This document shows positions 1 to 11,572 of a stretch of DNA of 64,000 bases, piece by piece. Origin of the DNA: Escherichia coli (lineage in GTDB: Bacteria; Pseudomonadota; Gammaproteobacteria; Enterobacterales; Enterobacteriaceae); assembly GCF_050920415.1 (NCBI RefSeq), contig NZ_CP169309.1. One strand, written 5' to 3'. Within the stretch, counting starts at the first letter, position 1. Each line of letters begins with the position of its first letter. The notes beneath the pieces were generated by a model. It saw nothing but the letters and a program-made list of their open reading frames with translations, did no database searches and was not told the origin of the DNA. A program made the translations under genes and the position numbers.

Positions 1-3000
1 CCAGTCCTTGTGGCGAACTTGAAAATCCCGCCTCACGCAGCAGCGTAAACATCGGCGTTTGCCGGACCGGTAGGTCATTCACTTCTGTTAGCGTAAAGCG
101 CAGCCGTGGTTCGCGACGCAGTGCGGTAGTCAGCGCGTGGAAAATCTCTGGGGCGAGTAATTCCTCTTTTTCCTGCCAGACCAGCATTTTTTTGCCACCT
201 TGCGCCAGATAGAGTAACAATTTGCCGCCAGAAACGACCACCAGCGCACCCGCCCGACGCGTTGGTATCAGCGTTGCCGGATGTGCAGGCCAGGGCAGAA
301 GATTTCCCCATGCATTAGCCGGATCGTTGGCAGAGAGCGCCACTGGTGTATAGTGGCGCGTTTGCGTGGCTTGTGTCGCCAGATCGCGCAATCGGTCAAT
401 AGTCAGACGTTCAGCGAATTGCGCGCCACCCAGACTTTCTACAAAACGACCTCGCATAATTCGCCCGGAGTCTTCCATACTTCGACAAAGCGTTTGCATC
501 GATGGAAACCCGCCAGGGATATTTTCGGCTATCACCGCCTGACGACTGATGATGCCGTAGCGGTCGAGCATATTTTCCGCCAGCGCCAGCATCCTTTCGG
601 TATCGTTTAGTGGCTCCACCTGCAATAACGACCAGCGTCCAGCCAGATTTGGTGTGTTGTAAGATAGCAGCGGCGAGACGGGTTGCGCATAGACAGGACG
701 TCCACGACGAGCCCGGTGGCTGCGACGAGTTGAGGTGCGTGTGTTGGTACTGCTGCGGGTGAGGGCGCGTAACGGTGCCCAAATGTCGCTGGTGATGACG
801 CCTTGCCAGACCAGCGCCCATAACGCCTCTTGCAGGGCTGAGGGAGCAACCGATTCGTCGATTTTATCGCGTATCCGTTGGCTGATTTGTTGTGCAAACC
901 AGGCTCCTCCGTCAGCCAGAACCGTGACTATCGCTTGCTGCAGCGCCGAACGATTCGCCTGATTCGCTTCGGCGGGAGTGAACGATTCTGCGGCATATTC
1001 CTGTAGATGCAGTGCCACCAGACCGTCATCTTCACCCAGTTTTTTTTGCCCCGACCAGATAACCGCACCGGTTGCCAGTAATTCATCGAGCATTTCTGGC
1101 GAATAGTCGCGTACGCGGGCAGGCAGGATCTGGCTTTCCCAGAGTGAGGCGGGTAAACCGACTCCGGCAAGCTGTTCGATCACCCGCACGACGCCATCCA
1201 CACCCTCATAAACGCCTGGCGATGTTGAGGCAAAGAGTGCCGGGCTACCATCGGTGGCGGGTAATACGCCCTGACGTTCCAGCAGCAATCGCGCATAGGT
1301 CGTGGCCGCAACGGGACGTGTCGCTTCTCTGGCGGCTTGCAGCGAGCGCAAACGCAGACGACGAAATACTTCATCGCTCACCCAGATGCCTTGTTGCAGA
1401 TTCATCACCAGCCCCTGTTCGCGCAGTTGCTGAAGTTGCTCTTCGACAATGGCAATACCGAGACTAAACTCATGAGCCAGTTGTTCAGACGTGACCAGAG
1501 CATGAGCCCGGAGATAGCGCAGAAAGAGGTCGCGAAGCGGGTAACTGACTCGGTGCAAATAAATCTCTGGCAGTGACTCTGGTAGTCGTACGCCGAGGGC
1601 ATCGCGCAGCCTGGCGGCATCATCCATACAGGCAAGACGCTCCTGCCCGCTAATCATCGTCGGGAAGATTCGTTTTACTGCAAGAAGATTTTCCAGATAC
1701 GACGCAATCTTTTCACTGCTGCCTGTATGCCGTTGCGCCAGGTCTTCAACGGTCATTGGCCCCAGTTCGCGCAGCAGGTCGAACAATCCTTCTTCACCTT
1801 TCGCTCTTCTACCAGAAGCCAGTCGTTGCAACTCTTCTTCCACCTGGCGAATGACCTGCGGGTCGAGTAATTCCCCCGGATCGACCTGTCCGAGTAGATT
1901 GCGCAGTAACTCGCTGTCCAGCGACAGTACGGATGCCCGGCGCTCTGCCAGCGGGGCGTCGCTCTGGTACATAAATTCCGCGACATAGCCGAACAATAAA
2001 CTGGCGGCGAAAGGCGAAGGCGTAGGGGTCGTTACATCGGATATTTGAATTTCGCCACCGTTCAGGCGACGCATCAAACGTTCCAGCGCGGGAAGATCAT
2101 AAACATCTTGCAGACATTCGCGTAGGGTTTCGAGAATGACCGGAAAATCCGGATATCCCTGAGCGATTTCCAGCAACTGACTGGCGCGTAGCCGTTGTTG
2201 CCAAAGCGGGGTGCGATGGCCCGGCGTGCGGCCCGGCATTAATAATGCCCGCGCGGCGCATTCGCGAAAACGGGCGGCGAAAAGTGCCGAGCTGCCTACC
2301 GCCTCGCGGACAATTTGCAGCAACTTTTCTGGTTCAAACAAAAAAATCGCGGCATCGGGCAATTTACCATCGGTGTCAGGAATGCGCGCAACAATGCCGT
2401 CATCACTGGCAACCACAGACGCGTCAGCGCCCCATAGTGCATGTATTCGCCCGGCAATCGCCAGCGCCCAGGGTTCATGCACCCGTCTTCCATAGGGAGA
2501 GTGCAAAATAATACGCCAGTCGCCAATTTCATCACGGCACCGTTCGAGGACCAGATGACGACTACCCGGAACGATGCCCGTCGCGTTGCGCTGCTCGTCA
2601 ATCAACCCCTGAATATTGGCGATCGTATTTTCTTCTGCCAACCACGGGGGAATAGTCCCGGAAAAGAACGCGCCATCCGCCAGTAAATGGAGAAAATCGC
2701 CGATCATCTCGCCTAATTCTGCCGGACGTCCGTTACCTTCACCACGCCAGAAGGGAAGGCGGGCAGAACGACCTGGAGCAGGAGTCACAATCACCTGATC
2801 GCGGGTGATTTGCTGGATCCGCCATGAGGTAGCGCCGAGAGTGATAATGTCGTTCACCCGCGACTCATATACCATCTCCTCATCCAGTTCACCCACCCGC
2901 CGCGAACCGGCCTGTTCTTCACCTTCGGGTAATAACACGCTATACATGCCACGATCCGGAATGGTGCCACCGCTGGTAACCGCCAACAGCTGAGCGCCAG

Positions 3001-4606
3001 GTCGGGCGGTCAATATCCCGGTCTCCCTGTTCCAGACCAGTTTTGGTCGAAAAGCAGAAAAATCGCCAGAGGGATAGCGCCCGGAAAGCATATCCAGCGT
3101 GGCGTCAAAAACACGTCTTGGCAGATCTTTCCACGGTGCGGCACGGCGTACGCGGGAGTACCATTCGTCTGCCTGTAATGCATCCATCGCCGCGGTGGCA
3201 ACGGTCTGCTGCGCAAGGACGTCGAGTGGATTATGCGGTGGTGTCAGGTTTTCCAGCCTGCCTGCGAACATACACTCAACAATGACTGCGGAATCGACTA
3301 AGTCACGCCTGGTTCGGGGGAAAAAAAGCCCTTTGGAGATACCACCTACCTGGTGTCCGGCACGTCCAATGCGTTGTAACCCACTGGCAACAGAAAGCGG
3401 CGTTGCCACCTGAATTACCAGATCCACCGCGCCCATATCAATCCCCAGTTCGAGACTGGAGGTTGCGACCACGCAGCGTAATTCACCCGATTTCAGCGCC
3501 TGTTCGGTGATGGCTCGTTGTTCTTTAGACACGGAGCCGTGGTGTGAGCGGGCAATAAAAATGTCGCTACTTTGTACACGGTTAGAGGTTGCGCCGGAGG
3601 TCGACTCGAAATGGGCCGCATCAACGGCGATAGACGGGGAACGCTGTAAGCGTGCGGCGTAAAGCTCATTCAATCGTGCCGTCAGTTTTTCCGCCAGCCC
3701 GCGTGAATTAGTAAAGACAATGGTCGAGCGATGGCGCAAAACTTCATCAAGGATACCCGTTTCAATATATGGCCAGATGGAGCCTTCTCGGCCGGCATGG
3801 CTGTCTTCGCCGGTGCCGCTGGCGACCGATGAGACATCATCCATATTGGCGACCGGTACGACAATCCGTATCTGCGGATGGCGCATTGCGGGCGGGTTGA
3901 CTACCGTAACCGGGCGATCGCCACCAAGAAATGCTGCCACATCGCTGGCTGAGCGTACAGTGGCAGAAAGGCCAATTCGCTGTGCTGAGGTGTGGAGCAG
4001 CGCATCGAGCCGCTCCAGACTTAACGCCAGATGCGCACCACGTTTACTGCCCGCTACCGCGTGGACTTCATCAATAATTACCGTTTCGACGCCGCGTAGC
4101 GTTTCGCGCGCGCGGGAGGTCAGCATCAGATAGAGTGATTCGGGTGTGGTGATCAGAATATCCGGCGGATTACGGGTGAGTTTGCTGCGTTCCTGTGCAG
4201 GCGTATCGCCAGTACGGATCCCCACGCGAAGATTGACTTCCGTTTCGCCGCGCCGCCGCCGTTCATCGGCAATACCCTGTAACGGGATCTGCAAGTTGCG
4301 CTGAACGTCGGTGCCCAGAGCTTTGATCGGTGAAATATAGAGAATGCGTGAGGTTTTACGCTTATGCGCCTCGCGGGTATCTTCGCCGCCTTCGCGGAAG
4401 AGCTGATCGAGGGCGTAGAGAAATGCTGCCAGCGTTTTCCCGGAGCCAGTCGGTGCAATCACCAGCGCATGTTCGCCTCGCGCCGCCACATGCCAGGTTT
4501 GCGACTGGACAGCGGTCGGCTGTTTAAAGGCGCGAAGAAACCAGTCGCGGGTCGCCGGTGAAAACACGTCCGGCAGGGGCGATGAAGGGTTTAGATTATC
4601 TGCCAT
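1..4606 (-). CDS. lhr: ATP-dependent helicase Lhr (large helicase-related protein), last ~3 codons and stop lie beyond window start
   Basis: Manual minus-strand translation from ATG at 4606 (MADNLNPSS...) reads without stops to position 1; Walker A (APTGSGKT) and DEVH motifs seen. Missing from ORF track because the frame runs off the window edge. Confidence 0.85.
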   Translation of the reverse strand, partial: MADNLNPSSPLPDVFSPATRDWFLRAFKQPTAVQSQTWHVAARGEHALVIAPTGSGKTLAAFLYALDQLFREGGEDTREAHKRKTSRILYISPIKALGTDVQRNLQIPLQGIADERRRRGETEVNLRVGIRTGDTPAQERSKLTRNPPDILITTPESLYLMLTSRARETLRGVETVIIDEVHAVAGSKRGAHLALSLERLDALLHTSAQRIGLSATVRSASDVAAFLGGDRPVTVVNPPAMRHPQIRIVVPVANMDDVSSVASGTGEDSHAGREGSIWPYIETGILDEVLRHRSTIVFTNSRGLAEKLTARLNELYAARLQRSPSIAVDAAHFESTSGATSNRVQSSDIFIARSHHGSVSKEQRAITEQALKSGELRCVVATSSLELGIDMGAVDLVIQVATPLSVASGLQRIGRAGHQVGGISKGLFFPRTRRDLVDSAVIVECMFAGRLENLTPPHNPLDVLAQQTVATAAMDALQADEWYSRVRRAAPWKDLPRRVFDATLDMLSGRYPSGDFSAFRPKLVWNRETGILTARPGAQLLAVTSGGTIPDRGMYSVLLPEGEEQAGSRRVGELDEEMVYESRVNDIITLGATSWRIQQITRDQVIVTPAPGRSARLPFWRGEGNGRPAELGEMIGDFLHLLADGAFFSGTIPPWLAEENTIANIQGLIDEQRNATGIVPGSRHLVLERCRDEIGDWRIILHSPYGRRVHEPWALAIAGRIHALWGADASVVASDDGIVARIPDTDGKLPDAAIFLFEPEKLLQIVREAVGSSALFAARFRECAARALLMPGRTPGHRTPLWQQRLRASQLLEIAQGYPDFPVILETLRECLQDVYDLPALERLMRRLNGGEIQISDVTTPTPSPFAASLLFGYVAEFMYQSDAPLAERRASVLSLDSELLRNLLGQVDPGELLDPQVIRQVEEELQRLASGRRAKGEEGLFDLLRELGPMTVEDLAQRHTGSSEKIASYLENLLAVKRIFPTMISGQERLACMDDAARLRDALGVRLPESLPEIYLHRVSYPLRDLFLRYLRAHALVTSEQLAHEFSLGIAIVEEQLQQLREQGLVMNLQQGIWVSDEVFRRLRLRSLQAAREATRPVAATTYARLLLERQGVLPATDGSPALFASTSPGVYEGVDGVVRVIEQLAGVGLPASLWESQILPARVRDYSPEMLDELLATGAVIWSGQKKLGEDDGLVALHLQEYAAESFTPAEANQANRSALQQAIVTVLADGGAWFAQQISQRIRDKIDESVAPSALQEALWALVWQGVITSDIWAPLRALTRSSTNTRTSTRRSHRARRGRPVYAQPVSPLLSYNTPNLAGRWSLLQVEPLNDTERMLALAENMLDRYGIISRQAVIAENIPGGFPSMQTLCRSMEDSGRIMRGRFVESLGGAQFAERLTIDRLRDLATQATQTRHYTPVALSANDPANAWGNLLPWPAHPATLIPTRRAGALVVVSGGKLLLYLAQGGKKMLVWQEKEELLAPEIFHALTTALRREPRLRFTLTEVNDLPVRQTPMFTLLREAGFSSSPQGL

Positions 4607-4698
4607 TAACGCTATTCCCCGTGAATATCATGCATGATGCGTGGAATAGCCTCACTATAGATGCCTGAATCATTGCATGTCATCAGGCATCGACTCGA

Positions 4699-5346
4699 TT
4701 ACACCTCTTCGGCGGCAGGTAGCGGCCAGCCTCCCAGACGTTTCCAGCGGTTGACGATTTCACAAAACAGCACAGCAGTGCGTTCGGTGTCGTACAGCGC
4801 GGAGTGCGCCTGGGTGCTGTCGAAGTCCATGCCAGCGGTCTGGCAAGCCTTTGACAATACGGTTTGTCCGAGTGCCAGCCCGGCCAGTGCAGCAGTGTCA
4901 AAAGTGGCGAAAGGGTGGAACGGGTTACGTTTCAGTGAGGCGCGTTCTGCGGCGGCCATCATAAAGCTGTGATCAAAATTGGCGTTGTGCGCCACCATAA
5001 TGGCGCGGTTACAGCCGCTCGCTTTAATGCCTTTACGTACAACTTTAAAAATTTCGTGCAGCGCCTCGTATTCGCTGACCGCGCCGCGATCGGGATCGTT
5101 CGGGTCAATGCCGTTGAAGGCGAGGGCCTCTGGCTGCAAATTTGCGCCGACAAATGGTTCTACGTGGAAATGTAATGTGGTGTCCGGCATCAGCCAGCCT
5201 TGTTCATCCATTTTCAGGGTGATGGCGGCAATCTCAAGCAGCGCATCGGTTTTAGCGTTAAATCCGGCTGTTTCAACATCGATCACAACAGGATAAAAAC
5301 CACGAAAACGGTCGCACAGACCGGTAAGTTGAGCGTTATCGGACAT
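4699..5346 (-). CDS. rnt: Ribonuclease T (DEDD 3'-5' exoribonuclease)
   Basis: ORF track 215 aa; sequence recognised as RNase T; sits between gloA and lhr as in E. coli. Confidence 0.95.
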
Positions 5347-5448
5347 CTGATTCTCTTAATACGGATAAATTGCAGCGCGCATTATGACAAATATTACTTG
5401 TCGATGCAGTAAAGATGCGGGCGCGATGAGTTCACGCCCGGCAGGAGA

Positions 5449-5856
5449 TTAGTTGCCCAGACCGCGACCGGCGTCTTTCTCTTCGATTAATTCAATTTTG
5501 TAACCGTCCGGATCTTCCACAAACGCGATAACCGTAGTGCCGCCTTTTACCGGACCCGCTTCACGGGTGACGTTACCGCCGTTCTGACGGATTTTTTCGC
5601 ACGCTTCAGCGGCGTTATCTACGCTAAGCGCGATGTGACCATAAGCAGTGCCGAGTTCGTATTTATCCACGCCCCAGTTGTAGGTCAGTTCAATCACCGC
5701 TTCTTCGGTTTCCGGGCCATAGCCAACAAACGCCAGTGAGTATTTGTATTCCGGGTTTTCGCTGGTACGCAGCAGTTTCATGCCCAGTACTTTGGTATAA
5801 AAATCGATGGAGCGTTGCAGATCGCCAACGCGCAGCATGGTATGAAGAAGACGCAT
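5449..5856 (-). CDS. gloA: Glyoxalase I (lactoylglutathione lyase)
   Basis: ORF track 135 aa ([20 protein letters not shown]...); VOC/glyoxalase family, expected length. Confidence 0.95.
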
Positions 5857-5936
5857 CTTTATATCCTCAAAATGGCTAACAGATTCAAAATGTTGTTTTA
5901 GTATAGCGGCGGCTTTGCGCCGCTCGCAATGCTGGA

Positions 5937-7034
5937 TTACAGCGTCGGGTAATCGGTATAGCCTTCCGCGCCGCCACCGTAGAAACTTTCGGCACGCTGT
6001 GGGTTAAGCTCAGCTTTGCGCTGCAAGCGGGCAACCAGATCCGGGTTCGCAATCCAGTCACGACCAAATGCCACCGCATCAATTAACCCTTTGCCGATCA
6101 GCGTTTCAGCTTTTTCTACCGTGTATGCCCCTGCGCCGATAATCGGACCGTGGAAACGGGCACGTACTTTTTCGCGGAACGCATCAGTATACGGTTCACC
6201 TCCCGCCCAATCTGGTTCTGACATATGCAGATAAGCAATGCCGCGTTTGCCCAGTTGTTCAATCAGATACAGTGCATCGGCTTCTTCATTTGGGCCATTA
6301 TCCGTGTTCTGGAAAGTACCGATTGGCGAAACACGAATGCCAATGCGATCGGCACCCCATTCTTCAATCCCGGCATCGACCACTTCCAGCACCAGACGTG
6401 CGCGATTTTCCACGCTGCCGCCGTACTGATCGGTACGATGGTTTGAAGAAGGAGAAAGGAACTGATGCAGTAAATAACCGTGAGCAGAGTGTAGCTCCAC
6501 CAGATCAAACCCAGCTTCACGGGCGTTAGCGATGGCCTGGCGGAAATCATTGACGATGCCCGGAATCTCTTCCCGTTCCAGTGCTCGTGGCATGGATGTT
6601 TCAACGCGGATCGCCTGACCTTTTTCATCGCGCAGAGAAGTACGCGTTCCCGCGCTAAGTGCAGAAGGCGCTACCGGTGCCTGACCGCCAGGCTGCAGGC
6701 TGGCGTGAGAAATTCGCCCCGTGTGCCACAGCTGCACGGCCATATGACCATTTTCAGCATGAACGCCAGCGGTGATTTTTTTCCATGCGGCAATTTGCTC
6801 CGGACTATGGATGCCAGGCGCGCCTGCATATCCTTTTGCCTGGGCGGAAATTTGCGTGGCTTCGCTAATAATCAAACCGGCACTGGCTCGTTGGCGATAG
6901 TATTCCGCCATCAACGGGGTAGGGATGTCACCCGGTTCAATACTGCGCAGACGCGTCAGCGGTGCCATAAAAATACGGTTTGCCGCCGTGATCGCGCCCA
7001 CTTTCAGTGGGGAATACAGTTTTTCAGATGACAT
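5937..7034 (-). CDS. nemA: N-ethylmaleimide reductase (Old Yellow Enzyme family, FMN-dependent)
   Basis: ORF track 365 aa; OYE-family sequence; downstream of nemR in the same orientation. Confidence 0.95.
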
Positions 7035-7070
7035 AAAGGCTCCCGGTGGTCTGGTGATAAAAAATGCCTG

Positions 7071-7670
7071 CTAAACGGCAGGCGTCGCAATAATGGTTTT
7101 TACATGGGCCAGCGCGTTTTCCAGTGGCTCGAAACTGCGCGAAATTTTGGCCTGCAAATTCGCGCCAAGCCACAGTGCGTAAAGCACTTGTGCCTGTTGC
7201 AGCGGTTCGCCACAAAAGGTTAAACAATGGTTCTCACGGCCATTTTCCAGCGCCTGAGAGAGCAGGGCGATTACGCCGCGAGCCCCTTTATCCATCGCGC
7301 TGCGCATATCTTCTGACAGATCGCACACTTCGGCAGAGAGTTTTACTGTCAGGCAACCACTGATGGTTCCATGTTGGCAAAACTGGTTCAGTGTTTGCTG
7401 GTAATAAGCCAGTATGCGGTCGCGGTAGTTACCTTCGCCGGATTGCAGCAACTCCGTCAGTCGCTGGTGATATGCGGCGTAATGGCGCTCAAGCATGGCA
7501 ACGCCAAACGCTTCTTTAGAGCGAAAGTAGTGATAGAAGGACCCTTTCGGCACTTCAGCCGTTTTTAGTAATTCGCTTAGCCCCATCCCGGTGAATCCAC
7601 GTTGCAGGCAAAGTTGCTCGCCCGTCGCCAGGAGATGTTCGCGAGTATCATGTTCGGTGTGTTTGTTCAT
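7071..7670 (-). CDS. nemR: TetR-family electrophile-sensing repressor NemR
   Basis: ORF track 199 aa (MNKHTEHDTREHLLATGEQL...); TetR N-terminal HTH; NemR-box palindrome 15 bp upstream. Confidence 0.95.
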   Translation of the reverse strand: MNKHTEHDTREHLLATGEQLCLQRGFTGMGLSELLKTAEVPKGSFYHYFRSKEAFGVAMLERHYAAYHQRLTELLQSGEGNYRDRILAYYQQTLNQFCQHGTISGCLTVKLSAEVCDLSEDMRSAMDKGARGVIALLSQALENGRENHCLTFCGEPLQQAQVLYALWLGANLQAKISRSFEPLENALAHVKTIIATPAV

Positions 7671-7684
7671 GTGTTGGAGTGTAG

Positions 7685-7700
7685 TAGACCAGTCGGTCTA
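7685..7700. promoter_or_regulatory. NemR box (16-bp perfect palindrome TAGACCAGTCGGTCTA) in nemR promoter
   Basis: Perfect inverted repeat seen 15 bp upstream of the nemR start; matches the published NemR operator as I recall it. Confidence 0.8.
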
Positions 7701-7772
7701 GTGCAAGCAAAGTTGCTACTTTGGGCATTAACAGCTTCAATAATGGTAATAATCTTATCTGAGGAGGGCGAG

Positions 7773-8012
7773 GTGGCGGAGCAATTAGAGTTCTTTCCCG
7801 TCCAGAGCCCGTGCCGGGGAATTTGCCAGTCTGACGAACGCGGATTTTGTCGCGGCTGTTTTCGTAGTCGGGATGAGCGTTTTAACTGGAATAAAATGAG
7901 CGATGGCGAAAAACAAGAGGTGCTGCGCCTTTGTCGGCAGCGATTAATGCGCAAATTACGTGCAATTAAGCCAGCGTCATCAGACGAACCGGAGCAACCA
8001 TCACTCTTTTGA
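7773..8012 (+). CDS. ydhL: Small Cys-rich DUF1289 protein YdhL (79 aa, GTG start inferred)
   Basis: C-terminal part of ORF 7602..8012; expected product length 79 aa requires GTG at 7773 (.AEQLEFFPVQSPCRGICQ...); start is inferred. Confidence 0.65.
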   Translation: MAEQLEFFPVQSPCRGICQSDERGFCRGCFRSRDERFNWNKMSDGEKQEVLRLCRQRLMRKLRAIKPASSDEPEQPSLF

Positions 8013-8060
8013 GCCTAATCTTGCGTATACTCCTCTCATATCTGATAAGAGGAAGCGATT

Positions 8061-8957
8061 ATGGTTCAGCGTATTACTATTGCGCCGCAAGGCCCGGAGT
8101 TTTCCCGTTTTGTGATGGGCTACTGGCGATTGATGGACTGGAATATGTCCGCCCGCCAGCTGGTCAGCTTTATTGAAGAGCATCTGGATCTCGGCGTAAC
8201 TACCGTGGACCACGCTGATATTTATGGCGGCTATCAGTGCGAAGCAGCGTTTGGCGAGGCGCTGAAACTGGCACCTCATCTGCGTGAACGGATGGAAATT
8301 GTCAGCAAATGCGGTATCGCGACGACCGCGCGTGAAGAAAACGTCATTGGTCATTACATTACTGACCGCGATCACATCATTAAGAGCGCCGAACAGTCGC
8401 TGATTAATCTCGCGACCGATCATCTGGATCTGCTGTTGATCCACCGCCCGGACCCGTTAATGGATGCCGATGAAGTGGCGGACGCGTTTAAACACCTGCA
8501 TCAGAGCGGCAAAGTGCGCCATTTTGGCGTATCGAACTTTACGCCTGCGCAATTTGCGCTGTTGCAATCACGCCTGCCGTTTACCCTTGCCACTAATCAG
8601 GTGGAAATATCCCCGGTGCATCAGCCGTTACTGCTGGATGGCACGCTCGACCAACTGCAGCAACTGCGTGTTCGTCCGATGGCGTGGTCTTGCCTTGGTG
8701 GTGGTCGTCTGTTTAATGATGATTATTTCCAGCCTCTGCGTGATGAACTGGCTGTGGTGGCGGAGGAGTTAAACGCGGGCTCTATTGAACAGGTGGTTTA
8801 CGCCTGGGTTTTACGTTTACCGTCGCAGCCGCTGCCGATAATCGGCTCCGGTAAAATTGAGCGCGTGCGAGCAGCTGTTGAAGCAGAAACCCTGAAAATG
8901 ACTCGCCAACAATGGTTCCGTATCCGTAAAGCGGCACTGGGTTACGACGTACCGTAA
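8061..8957 (+). CDS. ydhF: Aldo-keto reductase family oxidoreductase YdhF
   Basis: ORF track 298 aa (MVQRITIAPQGPEFSRFVMGYWRL...); AKR family. Confidence 0.9.
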   Translation: MVQRITIAPQGPEFSRFVMGYWRLMDWNMSARQLVSFIEEHLDLGVTTVDHADIYGGYQCEAAFGEALKLAPHLRERMEIVSKCGIATTAREENVIGHYITDRDHIIKSAEQSLINLATDHLDLLLIHRPDPLMDADEVADAFKHLHQSGKVRHFGVSNFTPAQFALLQSRLPFTLATNQVEISPVHQPLLLDGTLDQLQQLRVRPMAWSCLGGGRLFNDDYFQPLRDELAVVAEELNAGSIEQVVYAWVLRLPSQPLPIIGSGKIERVRAAVEAETLKMTRQQWFRIRKAALGYDVP

Positions 8958-9037
8958 GCACTTTTAGGAATAGCCGCCGTTCAAAAAAGTGTCACTGGTT
9001 TACACTTATTCAGGAATGCACAATGAACGGAGGTCCT

Positions 9038-9559
9038 ATGAAACGTTTTAGTCTGGCTATTCTGGCGCTGGTTGTTGCTACCGGCGCGCAAGCTGCCAGT
9101 GAAAAAGTCGAGATGAACCTCGTCACGTCGCAAGGGGTTGGGCAGTCAATTGGTAGCGTCACCATTACTGAAACCGATAAAGGTCTGGAGTTTTCGCCCG
9201 ATCTGAAAGCATTACCCCCCGGTGAACATGGCTTCCATATTCATGCCAAAGGAAGCTGCCAGCCAGCTACCAAAGATGGCAAAGCCACAGCGGCGGAATC
9301 CGCAGGCGGGCATCTTGATCCACAAAATACCGGTAAACATGAAGGGCCAGAAGGTGCTGGGCACTTAGGCGATCTGCCTGCGCTGGTTGTCAATAATGAC
9401 GGGAAAGCTACCGATGCCGTCATCGCGCCTCGTCTGAAATCACTGGATCAAGTCAAAGATAAAGCGCTGATGATCCACGTTGGTGGCGATAATATGTCCG
9501 ATCAACCTAAACCGCTGGGCGGTGGCGGTGAACGCTATGCCTGCGGTGTAATTAAGTAA
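9038..9559 (+). CDS. sodC: Periplasmic Cu/Zn superoxide dismutase
   Basis: ORF 9023..9559; start set at MKRFSLAILALVVATGAQA (signal peptide) giving 173 aa; Cu/Zn-SOD His-rich motifs. Confidence 0.93.
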   Translation: MKRFSLAILALVVATGAQAASEKVEMNLVTSQGVGQSIGSVTITETDKGLEFSPDLKALPPGEHGFHIHAKGSCQPATKDGKATAAESAGGHLDPQNTGKHEGPEGAGHLGDLPALVVNNDGKATDAVIAPRLKSLDQVKDKALMIHVGGDNMSDQPKPLGGGGERYACGVIK

Positions 9560-11572
9560 TTAAGAGGCCAGCGTACCTTGCGGCGGTGCTTGCTCAAGTT
9601 GCGAAAGCGAGCAGTACAGCCGCCAGACAATTGCCGCCAGGTCCTGGGCGGCAGGTTGATGATGACGGGCAAGGCTGTCGCAAATCCGCTGTAATTCTGC
9701 AAGTGTGGCCGCCAGTGATTTTTGCTGAACGCCACGCTCACTCATCACTCCACGTAACAATGAAATACAGTTATCCCGTACTCGCGATAACGGATCGGAA
9801 CGCGATTCCCATTCGCGCAATTGCCAGACAACATGAGAACAGTTCAACAACACCACCCCCCAGCGTAATAACCAACGGCGAGCCAGCGCATCCTGGCTGT
9901 TACTTAACTGACTGACGTGATGATAAGTGAGTGATTCAAAATCGCTTTCACTCAGTGTTGGATGGCGGCTTAGTTGGTCGACAAAATCCCGGCGCAGTGC
10001 GCGAATATGACGACGGCTTTTACGAGCATCCGACCCAGGTCGCAGAATGGCGAACGCTAGCCACGCCAGCGCTACGCCAACAATTTTTGCCAGATTATCA
10101 TTAAGAAAATCAGCGAAATCATACACCGGAGGATTAGTGACAGCGATAAACGACCCCATAAATACAATCAGTTGTCCCCAAAGCGCGGCAAATTTGGGCA
10201 TCTGCAATTTAAGAAGCTGCATTGTCGCCAGTAGTGGGAAGAGAAACAGTAAAAATTGCCACAGATCGCTAATCTGAACCATCAGGCCAAATTTGACCGC
10301 AAAGCTAAATAGCGAAAGTAACACTAGCGTGCGCATTAGCAGTGACAAGGACTTAAACGGTGCCGCGACGGCGGAGTAGAGTACGCAGCTAATTGCGGCC
10401 AGCGTTAATGCATTGGCACCGGCATCCCATTGTGAAGCGATACTCCATGCGCCAATTATCATCAATGTACAAAATGTTCGTAGTCCGCTCCACATAGCTT
10501 CGGCGTTATCGGTATGACGTGCCAGGCCGGATGTCCGTGGGAGTTTGGCATGATCATCTACGCCGCTTTGCAGACGATGTAATTCCTGACTGCTTTGCAG
10601 ATAAAGATGGCAAAAATAGCGTAGTCGCTGCCAGAAGGCGACGTGCCGGTAGTCGGCGACGTTGGTCGGGCGTAGCGGGGCAATAATACGTGCGACGGTG
10701 TAAACATCTGTTTGCGAACTGGCGAGCGCCGTCAGCAACTGTTCGAGAATTTCTCGTGTGGCACCTGGCGGTGAGGGCCAGTTGAGCAACATACGTCGCA
10801 GGCTGGAAATGACGCTGGTCATACGTAATTGCTGGTGGAGCAGCGCATTAAGGCGCGCGTTTTGCTGGCGAAAACGATAGTGGCTCCAGAAAGCCTGGAT
10901 ACGCAGCAAATTCATGGTCAGTATCTGCCCAATCACCCCCTCATGTGCTGCACGAATGGCATCGGTTGTTTCAGGCTGCCAGAGTAAACTGGCATGTTCC
11001 AGCAATCGGGCGTGCATGTTTTTCAATGCGGTTAAAAGGGCTGTAGCATCGGAACTGCTCGGCAGGATCATCATCATCATGCCGCCGCACAAAATACCGA
11101 CAATCACCTCGCAAACGCGCGCCTGAGCGATATCCCACAGCTGGCTGGCCTCAGTAATATTAACCATCGGAAAGGCGATGATGGCAGCCGTGTAGCCCGC
11201 CAGTTGAAATGCATACGCGACGTTATTCGTGAAGTGCGCACAGGCCCAGGTACAAAAGCCAATCCATGCTGACATACTCAATAGAAAAAACCACGGCTCG
11301 TTGAGCGTATGTCCGGCAAGAAGCAATGCCGCGATGGCTCCCAGCAAACTACCCGCGATGCGTCCGAGGCTTTTGCTGATCACACCGCCAACGGTGGGAA
11401 AGCTAACCACGGCAGCCGAGGTCATCGCCCAATAGGGCTCATCAAGATTCAAATAATAGGCAATCGTCAGCGCCAGACACATGGCAATGGTATTGCGTAA
11501 CGCATAACGCCATTGCGCCAGCGTGGCCCTGAACCAGGGCAAATTGCGCAAGGACCATGACGATGCACTCAT
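9560..11572 (-). CDS. ydhK: FUSC-family (AaeB-like) inner-membrane efflux protein YdhK
   Basis: ORF track 670 aa, multi-pass hydrophobic; last gene of ydhIJK. Confidence 0.9.
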   Translation of the reverse strand: MSASSWSLRNLPWFRATLAQWRYALRNTIAMCLALTIAYYLNLDEPYWAMTSAAVVSFPTVGGVISKSLGRIAGSLLGAIAALLLAGHTLNEPWFFLLSMSAWIGFCTWACAHFTNNVAYAFQLAGYTAAIIAFPMVNITEASQLWDIAQARVCEVIVGILCGGMMMMILPSSSDATALLTALKNMHARLLEHASLLWQPETTDAIRAAHEGVIGQILTMNLLRIQAFWSHYRFRQQNARLNALLHQQLRMTSVISSLRRMLLNWPSPPGATREILEQLLTALASSQTDVYTVARIIAPLRPTNVADYRHVAFWQRLRYFCHLYLQSSQELHRLQSGVDDHAKLPRTSGLARHTDNAEAMWSGLRTFCTLMIIGAWSIASQWDAGANALTLAAISCVLYSAVAAPFKSLSLLMRTLVLLSLFSFAVKFGLMVQISDLWQFLLFLFPLLATMQLLKLQMPKFAALWGQLIVFMGSFIAVTNPPVYDFADFLNDNLAKIVGVALAWLAFAILRPGSDARKSRRHIRALRRDFVDQLSRHPTLSESDFESLTYHHVSQLSNSQDALARRWLLRWGVVLLNCSHVVWQLREWESRSDPLSRVRDNCISLLRGVMSERGVQQKSLAATLAELQRICDSLARHHQPAAQDLAAIVWRLYCSLSQLEQAPPQGTLAS

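Noticed and set aside
1-4606. No long ORF in the track for the first 4.6 kb, which at first suggested a fragmented pseudogene or non-coding island.
   Set aside because: Manual minus-strand translation from ATG at 4606 gives an uninterrupted Lhr helicase frame that runs off the window edge; the track omits ORFs with no in-window stop. It is an intact gene, not a pseudogene.
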